Assembly (NCBI GenBank): GCA_010093605.1
Contig: MU004183.1
Span: forward strand, 2,046,001-2,110,000
Reading direction: 5' to 3'
Source of the DNA: Lophium mytilinum
Lineage: Eukaryota
DNA: 64,000 nt
Shown here piece after piece: positions 13,432 through 23,956 of this stretch. The position numbers were made by a program, and so were the translations under genes. The notes beneath the pieces are model-generated. The model did no database searches, was not told the origin of the DNA, and was given only the letters and a program-made list of their open reading frames with translations. Position 1 is the first letter of the stretch; every line of letters starts with the position of its first letter.

Positions 13432-13917
13432 ATCATACGCCAGGCCAACCTTGGCGAGCTTTGACGAACTGGATATTATTCCACTGGCACAGATGGTTTA
13501 ATGGGACGGATTCACGGTGTCATCACTAAAGTCTTGGGCAGGTCGGCTCGGATTGAATTGTTAGTCCATTAGCACGTTGACACGATGTTGACGGCCGTAA
13601 TGAATACCCAGTCTCAATCATGAAACAATGGGAGCCTACGACGCTCACTGCTTGTTCCTGACGTGACTTTATTTTGCTGGTGACGAATTGCGGGGACCTC
13701 CCCTACCACTTGCGATACGGAGGATAAGACAATGCCGCGTTCCTTCCGCGAGGCGTCATGCAAGGTTACCCGTATTACCTTCACTGCCACTTGACACTCT
13801 GTCATGATCAATACATGTGCCTACCGACCGCTAGAATCAATGGGAACTGCTCGAATCCACGCCTCCGACCTGGATTCCTAATCATCGCCCGCCCTTCGCT
13901 CCCGCACCACCCGCCAT

Positions 13918-15579
13918 ATGCTCCCCTCCAACGACTGCGATGACTGCGTGCCGGACTATGTCAAGCAGCGCAAGCTGTCCGCCCTAGCCTTCTCTTTCCT
14001 GCCATTTATCCTCACGTTCCTCATCGTCGCGACCGCAGTGTCCCATAAGCTGTTCCCGCTGCTGTCTGGGCAAGCGGCTCGTAAACAGCATGATGCGCAG
14101 TTACCAACGTCGACATACAACTTTCCGGAACGACCGTCTGTCCAGACACGACTGAAGCGATTTACGGCTCGTAGTCTCGCGGGGATAGTCTTCTCGACCA
14201 ACATTGCGCTCTCGGCTGTGCTAGTAGAGCTGTTACTATGCGAAATCTCGAACACCGTCAATCCCGCTGCGCGCAGCCTGGCCTTGAAGATCACGCTTCC
14301 CTCGCTCCTCTTCCTCCTTATCATCGCGACGCCGGCGTTGGAGATACACTCGGTCATATCAGCGGCAGGATGGAGCTTTGGCGAGGGCCGGAAGGGACAC
14401 CTTAGGACAGCTTGGGCTTTGGAAGGAGTGGGGTTGGCGACATGGCTGCTTGGGTTCTGGTATCTTGGGCGGGCGCTACTGGGGTCGTATCTGCATGAGG
14501 AGTCGTACATTCGGGATCACAGTGTTAGCGAGGGATGTTTGGAGCGGATTGGCATCATTGGGGTTAGCCTCATGGCGTCGTTGGCTGGGTTTGCGGCGGT
14601 GAGTTCGTTGTGGCAGACTTTTGGGGTGAAGTTTCGTCTGGTGAGTGCTATGCAATGCAGTCTTGGAATCCTGTATAGCTTGCTGACAGGATACTAGGTG
14701 ACTGAAGCTGTTCTTGCTCGAAAGCAAGCTGGGTTGGATGCGACTAACGAAATGCTCCTCACGAAGGAGAGCCGTCTTCGAGCTATCCAACGGAAGCTAT
14801 CCGATCAACCCCAAGAGGGGTTCATGACACGCATGGTTGGGAGCATCCGCGGAAATTCGGACGTCCAGGAGCGGAAGACACTCGAATTGGAGATAGCTGG
14901 GCTTGAGACGATGCGGACTGCGCTTTCAAACTCGCTCTTCACGCTACAAAACCGGAGACAGGCCCAATTACGGGCTCATACGCCTTACGGACGACTCTTA
15001 AATCTATTCTCCTACGTCTTTTCTCTGTATTGTCTCTACCGCCTATCTGCCACCACCTATACCACCATTCGCCGGTTCTCATCACCGAATACTAGTTTCT
15101 CGAACAGCGATCCGATCAACAACGTGCTCGCGATCCTAGCTAAGCACTGGGACCCTACGCTTGACCGTGTCGCATGGAGCCGCCAGATCTCCTTCCTCCT
15201 CTCCGGCGTTATGCTCCTAGCCTCCTTCAATAGCGTCCTCCAGACCTTCCTCCTCTTCGCTCGGATCGTGCCGGGTATACTCCAGCACGCTCAAGCCAAT
15301 ATGGCACTGCTCGTTTCTCAAATCAGCGCGACTTACGTCATTAGCTCTGCACTACTTTTGCGCAGTAATCTTCCCAGCGAAGTGCGCAGCGTGATTTCGG
15401 ATGCTTTGGGAGCGCCTCTTGAACCTGCTTTTACCGAAAGGTGGTTCGAGGGCTGGTTCCTCGCTGTTGGTGCATTGACCGTGCTAGGGATTTGGGTTGG
15501 GAGAAGAGTAGGATCATCAGGCTGGGACGACGACGATGATCTAGGAGAAGGGGACGTTGAGATGGGGAAGATGAGCTGA
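13918..15579 (+). CDS. GPR89/Golgi pH regulator (GPHR; ABA-GPCR-like) multi-pass membrane protein
   Basis: ELLLCEI, LERIGIIGVSLMASLAGFAAVS, DPIN, QISFLLSG and YVISSALLLRSNLP motifs; intron 14641-14697 joins the two ORFs. Confidence 0.88.
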
Positions 15580-16223
15580 TTGACATTGGAGTACGAGACT
15601 ATGGGAGTATGGGAAAACAGGCGCTATCGGAATAGTACATGCATATATTAGACCTTCGAAATCCCATGATTGAAATGCCATGTCGCGCGCATCGAGATTG
15701 TGCATAGAACATCTGGCGTAATCTTGTCCAACCTCATGCGAGAAGATGACCGACACTCACATGCGAAACCCACACTTTGCTCTGTCAGCGCGACCTAGTT
15801 GTTCCGATGATGGAGAGCTTGACGTGATGTGCAGGGTGCTCTGCAAAGATGCCCGAAACGTCGCTGCCAAGACCTGGTTGGGGATGACGTCAAAAAGAGC
15901 AGGAGGGGCAATAAAGCGCGGGGCGCGCTGGAGTCTCGTGGATTTTACATCAAACCTGTCCACGACTTGAGAATCATCGGGTGAGTCTATCAAGAGTTCT
16001 GAAGGTGTTCAATTGAGTAGAAGCTGACTCGTGTTCGTCTTAGAATCTTACGCTTCTACACTACAGTACGTTTACATCATTATTCACTATGACTTCGATA
16101 TCTGTCCTTCCTCTCCTCTGCTTAGACTTCATACTTAAACCATTCTCAACGAGACATCAAGGCTAACGCTCTTTCGTAGACCTACAATCCAAACCAACCC
16201 ATTCCACAATCTAAACCACCAAG

Positions 16224-16421
16224 ATGTCCGCACCCAACGCCGGCCGCCAGTCCCCCGAGCCCGAGACCCAGACCGGTGCTCAGCAGCAAGACGCGAATTC
16301 CAAGCCGAACGACCAGGGCGCGGCTGACCAGGGCAACGCGAAGGAGGAGTTGGCGGGGCTGGAGAGCAACCCAACGCATATCCTCGCGAAGGCTGCGGAG
16401 GAGAAGACGAGTAAGAAATGA
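16224..16421 (+). CDS. Conserved small hydrophilic fungal protein, 65 aa
   Basis: Strong Kozak context (CAAGATGT), GC3-rich codons, MSAPNAGRQSPEPE...LESNP.H.L pattern typical of a Pezizomycotina small-protein family (from memory). Confidence 0.75.
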   Translation: MSAPNAGRQSPEPETQTGAQQQDANSKPNDQGAADQGNAKEELAGLESNPTHILAKAAEEKTSKK

Positions 16422-17234
16422 GCATGGAAGGAAAGGGGGAAGCAGGAGTGACGGGAATGAAGTGGTCATGCTCCTAAGAGCAGTGTGCTCTATCGATGAT
16501 GATGGAGGGTTGGCACCGGCTCGACTTGAGCTAGCTTTATGAGTACGATATGGGAATTGAAATGAACTTCTCTGAACTTAAGATATTATGTGATTGTGTA
16601 CGATTCTGACTTGTGTTGCATGGGGCTCTCGCGGTTGCTTGTGAGACAAGTAGCTTCAAGCGAGTTTCGAGCCGCAAACATGCTACCAATCTGTCTTTAA
16701 ACTCATGAAACCTATATACATTCTAAAGCACTCACTTGTGATCCTAATAACACCCGCTCTAGGGGAAACACGAACGAATGTCTTCAGGATGAGGGAGAAA
16801 GCCTTGGTCGCGAATAGGAAGGAGTAGACTCCGTCTTTCGGTATCAACTTCAAATGCAGGCGTCTCAAGTCTCCAAACCCTTTTGTTGATGCAACCATTC
16901 AGCTAGTCATCAGATAGATCCTCCAGCAATCCGGTGAATCGCTACAACTGACTTATGGCCCAGCTCAATCGCCTAATGAAAAAAGAAATGGTTGAGCTCC
17001 AATTCACCCACCCCCAACCCATCAGTGAAGCAGCACTCAATCAAATGACACTATCCCAACGTCGTGTTATCTCCAGCAACTTACGCCTAACGCATTCGTC
17101 TTCCCGCAATGTTTTGGCCGCTATTCAACCATGACCTCGCCCAAAAAAAAGCCGCCCAGAGGTCCCAGCTCCCCTCCTCCGTCTCCCACCTCATCTCAAC
17201 ACCAAAAAAGAACACGCCTATGCATCGCAAGGGC

Positions 17235-17240
17235 AAAAAA
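17235..17240 (-). terminator. RNA polymerase III T6 terminator of the tRNA-Ala gene
   Basis: TTTTTT 10 nt downstream of the discriminator base on the minus strand. Confidence 0.8.
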
Positions 17241-17250
17241 GATAATGATC

Positions 17251-17389
17251 TGGACGCTGTGGGAATTGAACCCACGACCTTTCACATATACGTATCGAGA
17301 AGATGCGAAGCGAACTATAGGTGGTTAGTTGAGGAATTTGTGGGAGATTTTGTGATGAGCTTACAATCATACCCCTAGACCAAGCGCCC
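17251..17389 (-). tRNA. tRNA-Ala(CGC) with two introns: 50-nt GT-AG insert (17364-17315) after position 26 and canonical 17-nt tRNA intron (17303-17287) after position 37
   Basis: Spliced form GGGCGCTTGGTCTAGGGGTATGATTTTCGCTTCGCATGTGAAAGGTCGTGGGTTCAATTCCCACAGCGTCCA (72 nt): acceptor stem GGGCGCT/AGCGTCC with G3:U70 and discriminator A (Ala identity), anticodon arm TTCGC-TTCGCAT-GTGAA, T arm GTGGG-TTCAATT-CCCAC; intact A and B boxes. Confidence 0.92.
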
Positions 17390-17856
17390 GGTGATTTTGA
17401 GGGCGGTGAGAATTATGCTGTTAATATAGGTTCTTGAAAAGAGGGGCAGGAGGGATATTTGTGTGGTGGGGTAGATGAGGTGTGGGTGGGGACGGGGTGA
17501 CACAGGGATTAGCGAATGAAAGAGGATTGGGACGCAGCCCGACTCTAGCGGCTTCGCTGAAGTGGGTTAGAGCACGATTCGGGGTGTCCAACCTTGTCTA
17601 TTAAGTAGAGAGCCTTAGCTTTTAGCGAGTTGCCTCTACTTTTCCGCATAACCTTTCGAAAGCGAACCTCAGCCTCCTTTCGTGCCAACGACCATCCAAC
17701 GACCCCCCACCCCAGGAAGCCAGCGGAACCCTAGTGTCTAGAGCCTTCTTCGAAACTTGCAGATATCCCAGGAACCTCCACATATAACTTTTGGACCTGT
17801 AAATGCACTATGCGGACTTGCGAGTGTGCTCGTCAAAGTCGTGGATAGAACTACTA

Positions 17857-17889
17857 ATAGTTTGCTTCGCATCTTCTCGATACGTATAT
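17857..17889 (+). repeat. Inverted 33-nt partial copy of the tRNA-Ala gene (3' splice AG, anticodon arm 5' half, tRNA intron)
   Basis: ATAGTTTGCTTCGCATCTTCTCGATACGTATAT matches minus-strand 17318-17286 at 32/33 positions. Confidence 0.9.
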
Positions 17890-17918
17890 AGACGTCTTCA
17901 ACGCGGGCATTATTAAGC

Positions 17919-19420
17919 TTAATGTCTCACTAAGCTATGTATCCGTAAGCTGGAGAGGCCGTAGATGTACTGTCCGTGACGATAAACGGGAGTCGGTTGT
18001 AGGTGATATTCGTCCTCGACATAATCAAGATTCACAACGCAGTATTCAAGAGCGAGATTCGTCCCCACAACAATCAAGAAGAGAGCTTCTGTCTGGAGAA
18101 TCTGAAATATAGTGTAAGGCTTAAGACAAAGATCGGGAGGCCGCATTGAGATTCGAAGACTGCAGAAGGAACCGTCGCTCACTTCAGATACCAGGGCCTG
18201 GGGTCGTTCACTTAGTTTGCCATCTTCCGAGCGAATATCTTTCTTCTTGCCCACCGAGCGGCGAGCGCTGGCAGTCGATGAACAACCTTGCGGCATAACC
18301 TGACGGAGTTGAAAGAGCTACATTCGCCAATCATGGATATGTGTATACTCTTTCACCGACGCTTAAGGTGCCTCGATCCAAGCTCAAATTTGTGTTATCA
18401 TTTCGGACAAGTGTTATTTGCTGTACGTATGGATACAGACTTAGCGCAGTCCATTGCATCACGCTTCCGCAACGCACCCAATCATGACGTATTTACTCGG
18501 AACTTGCTCCTGCGGTCCAGGTAAGGTTGCATATTCACCAGTAGAACTGATAAGTAGTGGATTCACAACATCTAACCCACCAGTTCTTATCATTTCAGCC
18601 CTCGTGCAAACTCCGAGGCCCTTCTCGAGCTCCACGGTATCGTCCGCCTTCTTCATATCACCGGATATTACGATCCCCGCAGTCACGTTCTTCTTCGCAT
18701 CAGCCACCTCGATATTCACAGCGTTGTGATATGTCTATGAAGTCAGCTTATAGGCTTTCTCAGGAAACTTGTCCTTTCAGGGCCAGGGCCAGCCAACAAT
18801 GGCTTCAACATTGCGAGAACTCGGATTAAGTCTTTATGCTGTTTCCCGATCTCATGAAGCCTGAACGGGTTCTCGTGGGCAAAGCTAGGCGACTCACAAT
18901 ACTCGAGCAAAGCCGCTTGTGATCGAGGAGCTATCGAGCAGCTCAGACAGGGTACGCATAGTTTGAAAGTCAAAGGGGAGTGGACGTGCGACCTAGTTTC
19001 CGGGAATGAACATAAGGGTTTGGAAGCATCATCGTCTGATAAGGGAACTGTAAGATCTGCAGAAATTTGCATTGGATTTCAGCTATCTCGGTATCGCTTT
19101 TGTCATAAAGAAGAATAAAGAGTGACGGCCTCGGGGATGCAGAAGACTGAATGAGAGGCACTTGTACCAATTTAAAGACTCGCCGTGCTATGAGAGATCT
19201 CCGAGAAGATTTTGCTTTGGATGATGGAAGAGGAGAGATGGAGTATGCTTTGGGGGCTGCTTCCGTAGATGCTGGGTTGCAATGATCGTGAAAATATGGC
19301 CGGTATCTTTGGGCAAGGAAGCGCAGAAGTACACCCAAATTATTGAAATTGATAGCATACTTTTGAGCATTGGAAAATTGTGTGAAAGGGAAAATATGGA
19401 TCTTCAGATCAATGATCAAA
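17919..19420 (-). other. Possible multi-exon lineage-specific gene or pseudogene
   Basis: Chain of minus-strand ORFs with branch/acceptor signals (GCTGAC..TAG near 18735, GCTAAG..CAG near 18421); no recognisable domain; exon structure unresolved. Confidence 0.3.
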
Positions 19421-19707
19421 TATTAGAAAAGAGGAAATGTGCCCCAAGTCTCCGTACGCTGTGCTACTCTCCTCCGTGTTGCTGGTGGCTCATTTGGTAT
19501 CGGGGATTTTGCGGACGGCGAGATGGGATCATGCATAACTCTGTGGGTGTCGGAACTTGTCTGATCGTATAGAAATGCCGAAAGATTGGATCGAATTAGG
19601 TGGTGAAAATTTTCGTGAGTCAGATTCGCCGTGGCTGTGACGCCATTTCCTTCAAAGTCACGTCCGAAGTCTTTTGCTCGTTGGGTATGAGGAACCGCGA
19701 GAACGTC

Positions 19708-20439
19708 CTAGGTTTTCGGGTCTTTCTTGATCAGTGTGAGATCGACCGTCGGGCTCGGCTGAGTTTGTTTGATCGCTTCCATCTTCATAATATAGTCGAT
19801 GAGCTCTTGTTTAGTGGCTACTTCGGAGAGCAGCTGAGTAACAGTGACGATCAAGTCCTTTCGGCTTGCCTTCCCAAGTTCTGCCTGGCGCCGGACGGAG
19901 AATGTTGGGGAGTGCTCCAAATTGGCAGTTGGGTAGACATCCTCCATGCGCTGAACAATAGGCACGGGCTCCTTTCGATCGAACGACTCAGCATATGAGC
20001 GAATCAGGTATGACGCCAGTCTCATGACCGACGTGACCTTTACGACTCTCGCATCGTATGCCTTGGTGTCACAGCGCGGCCACGCGTTCGCGAAAGGCTT
20101 TTCGAAAGGCTCATTGGGCTGAGCGAGATTTTTGCATGTCTTGTACACTAGGCACTCGAAATGGGTTTGAACGGTCCACTTGGAAATCTCGCTGTCCTCA
20201 GGCCAGTCATAAATCGACGCTGCAGTCGTTTGCAAGGCTGCCATGACCAGTGATAGCGACTTGTTTGTGTTGTTGATCGGAGTGTGGGGTCCGGGGACAT
20301 GGTGTCCAACTCGGAGTAATTGCGGGTTATTGTCGCGGAACTGTACCCATGGAAGCATGACGCTCCTGGATAGAATCATTCTCAGCAGTTCTGCTTCAGT
20401 CTTGACTCCGAACTCCGCAGGTGCTGGTTTGATGGCCAT
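19708..20439 (-). CDS. Hypothetical protein, 243 aa; paralogue of neighbouring gene 20905-22551
   Basis: Intact ORF, ATG in CAACATGG, probable 5' UTR intron about 20530-20482; shares PW..FRD, AS.YDWP...E...W....H..C..YK motifs with its neighbour. Confidence 0.75.
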   Translation of the reverse strand: MAIKPAPAEFGVKTEAELLRMILSRSVMLPWVQFRDNNPQLLRVGHHVPGPHTPINNTNKSLSLVMAALQTTAASIYDWPEDSEISKWTVQTHFECLVYKTCKNLAQPNEPFEKPFANAWPRCDTKAYDARVVKVTSVMRLASYLIRSYAESFDRKEPVPIVQRMEDVYPTANLEHSPTFSVRRQAELGKASRKDLIVTVTQLLSEVATKQELIDYIMKMEAIKQTQPSPTVDLTLIKKDPKT

Positions 20440-20904
20440 GTTGGTGGTTGTGAAGAGTCGTGCACAAAATGACCACGAGCTCTAGACAATAATTAGCTTG
20501 GAGTGATATAGTAGGGGGGAGATAGCTAACCAAGATGGCGGAGGAAGGAAACGGAATTGAGGTCAAGCGTGAGCTCGAATGAAGTTATGCAGTCATATGA
20601 GATTCTATGAAACTATGAGTCGACTATCGCTTTAACAATATGAGAGTGGTAAACGGGGAAATAGAAGATCACCGAGATGAGAGTAATAGACTGATCCAAG
20701 GTAGCTAAGATGAAACTGAAGTGAAGTGAAATGAAAAGGTAACTCCGCTCATCCCTCGAAGGAACCTCAAACTGACTTAGTCCCAAAGGTTCCAGTAATA
20801 CCACGCACCAGGCCGGTGAACCTTAGATGTTCGGGTCGATCGAGCACGATCTGCCTAGCGCGCACCGAATTTGGACCCTAGGATAACTACCTCCATCACG
20901 CTCT

Positions 20905-22551
20905 TCAATCCACATCCATCAAATTCGACATCGCCTCCGCAATCCGAGAGCCCGGCAGAACGGTCGACAGAGACATGACTACCATCCCAGCCCCGTCGTC
21001 TTCATCCTCCAAGTCATGCTCCTTGATGAAAGCAATCAACTTAGCCTTATCCAGCACACTCGCAAGTCGGCCCGGAAGCGTCCTCAATGCAAGTTCCTTC
21101 AGTTCTTCTACTTCTGTGGGATTACCTTCAATCAAGTCGTAGAGCACCCCCCTGTCGTTGGTCCCCTCTACCGTGCGCATGAGGACCTTCAGGGCGAATT
21201 GCTTCAAGTCTGTGATCGGTATCTCTTCCACCAGCGTCTCCTCATCCGTGACAAATCGCAGGAGTTCTTTTTTATCCGTCAACTTGTTAAGCCACCTCTC
21301 CGCAGTCATTGATGTGTAATGGCGGACATTCTCCGTGGTGTTGCCTCCAAGTCGCTCGAGAGCTCTCACATACGGAATGGGCGATAGGCGTGGAATCTTG
21401 GTAGGCTTCCGCTCTTCAATGCCTCGAACAAGCTCAGAAGGCCTAGATTGGAACGCTTCATAGTACTCCTTTTCCACGTAGTAGACAAGCGTAGCCACGT
21501 TCTGTACGGCCTCGAGTCCATTCTTCCCCCGGAAGGCGTTATGCAGCGGACCCAATTTGGCTGCGAAGGTCCTATAGATCTTGTAGATGATGCATCCGTA
21601 GTGTTCAAGGGCCCCCCAGCGCCTGACTTCGTCCTCGTCGGGCCAATCATAAGGCGACGCTCCAACCTCTTTGACGTATCCTAGCGTAGTACGCTCTAGC
21701 TCTGCGGTGACGCGGTAGGGCGGTCCGCAAGGGTTTCCAGTAAGGAGAAAGAGATCTCGAAATTCAGCCCAAGGATTGAGGAATCGTGAGGTAAGTATGA
21801 TATCGCGTAGCGACTCCTCATCGTAGCAATTGAATCTTTGCGCTAATGATCCGAGGTCGACGGGACCTTTCGGGCTATCGCTGGTCGAACTGATTGCTGT
21901 TTTCTTCGACTCGATTTCAGATTCGAGAGAAATGAAATCTCCCGCGGAGTGTGTTGAGTTTGTCGTGTGGTCCTGTGAGGCCCCTCCAGCATCGGCATTT
22001 GAGTCAGCTACGCCCTGCAATTTGGAGCTGGCTTGGCTGAAGTTGCTCTTCATACGTCTGTAGCGCTTCTGTAGTGCAGCACCGCTTGGCTTATGTCCAG
22101 TAAGCTTCTCAAACGCCGCATTTATCTTCGGCCAAGGCTCGCCAGCATCCCTCATTTCGAGTATCAAGAGATCCTGGGCGCTGGCCTCATTTGCGGAGTG
22201 AGGTATCTTCCGTGCCTTTACAACTGAGCAACGTTAGATTTGATAGCGCAGGTAAGTGGCGAGTGGAATCCTACCTGGAGAATGTGGCGCAGAATCATTC
22301 TTTGACGCTGTCGGGGAGTTCTCGGAATGTGATAGAGATGCGATCGATGGGGGGCCGGGAAACTTGGGAGATGGTGTATCATCCACCGTCGAATCCATTG
22401 TGACGGAGTCAATGACCATCGCCGTGGCTGGTGCTGCCGATGAGCTGAGTGGCTCAGACCCCCCGGCGAGGCTGTTAGGAGATATGTCGGCTGGATCGTG
22501 CGGTGGAATGGAGCCTATGAAAGGCATAACCAAGTCGTTCGAAACTTGCAT
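20905..22551 (-). CDS. Hypothetical protein with N-terminal Myb/HTH-like domain, shared orphan domain and C-terminal helical repeats
   Basis: Exon 22551-22275, intron 22274-22224 (GTAGGA...CTAAC...CAG), then DLLILEMRDAGEPWPKINAAFEKLTG...LQKRYRRMK (Myb-like). Confidence 0.75.
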
Positions 22552-23956
22552 GGCAACTCTATATGACGCTATGGGGGTGTTAGCAGTGTGGCAACCAAGG
22601 TAAGCTCACTAGACGACTATTTGATCACCACCAGTTTCCATGTACTTACAATTGGGACGCCTGCTCTCTACGAACCGTTCTAAACGAAATTCATCACGAT
22701 TGGAAGCAATTATCACTGTTTGAAGCTTTTGGTTTGAAGGTGATCAGGAAGAGGCTGAAGACAATATACAGGTTTCAAGATAAGATCTGTAGATAGGCGA
22801 AGAAGTCAAGGTGAGAGTGAAATGATAGATCGACGAATTAAAGTGAGGAGCGTGATGATGTTCGAACTGGATGACCCGATGAGAGTTTAGCTAGGTGTCT
22901 ACACTCGTTTACTACTGTAGATGGAAGTCCATCGTTTTGGATAGTCGCCTAGCTCATTGAATCACCTCAGACAGTGCCGTACTTGAGCACACATCCAGCT
23001 GTACTATTGATATGAGTTACAAAGTTTTCCACGATTCTGTCACGAAGTTTGTCAAGAGGAAAATCAGCAAAATGTACTCACACGTATATAGCAGCCGGAG
23101 TTGCATGAACACGTTGAAGTACCCTAAGCAGTCGTGCATTCAATCAAGCGGCAGAAAAAGATGATCGAGACATTGCAAAACGGGGCTTTTGTTGGGTAGG
23201 CATGTTTTCAACAAGGAAGTAGTGTCGCACGCATAACGACAGTTGGATAGATGTCCCTCTGCACCAGCCCACGCCTACGTCACACATACTCCCTCTCCCC
23301 TCCCGAAGTCAGGTCAAAGAAGCGCGCCGACGCAGACGCCCCAGCCACCGTCCTCACAGCCGTAGCCGCTCGAGTTGCCAGGATTCCCTCTCTCCCGGCA
23401 ATTGCGGGGATCAAGGGCCCGGAATAAGAGTCCACACTACCGCCGGTTTGACCTTGCGGTCTACTATGGAGGCTCCGGACATGCTTGGTCCGAGCCAGCC
23501 TTGCGGCCAGCTACAGACCGTCCAGAACGTATGGGGATTCGATATATCGCGAAGTGTATACTGAGCAACAGGGAAGGAACTCGCCCTGAGCTCCACCTGA
23601 CACCGCGAACAAGGTTCTAGAGAATGAGTGGTTTGGGAATGTGAAGAGAAGTGCTGAGCTTTGGGAGGAAAGGGTCGAAGTACAGCGAGATGGACAAATG
23701 GGTGGACATCAAGGAGCAGCTCGAGCGGAAGGGGATCACTCGTAGTACACGAGCGAAGCTTGGTCATTAAGGGTTGAGTTTTCTTTTCTTGAAGAACTTT
23801 TAACCTGCGTCATGGCAAGACGCCTTAGGGTATTCTACGCTATAGGGTCTGTCAGTGTCAATGTAGGGTTCATGGCATTGAGACTCACCCTACCAAACAA
23901 ACCACGCTTCCACCTATGCCATTCCCTATATGATTAGAAAGACCCTGTTCGGGCTT

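Noticed and set aside
17087..17378. Short ORFs overlapping the tRNA locus as the explanation for the GT-AG insert
   Set aside because: No credible protein; the sequences flanking the insert are tRNA halves under clear structural constraint
17857..23900. Starship or other tRNA-targeted integrative element
   Set aside because: No tyrosine recombinase or captain gene seen; the tRNA fragment is inverted rather than direct and no matching far boundary was found
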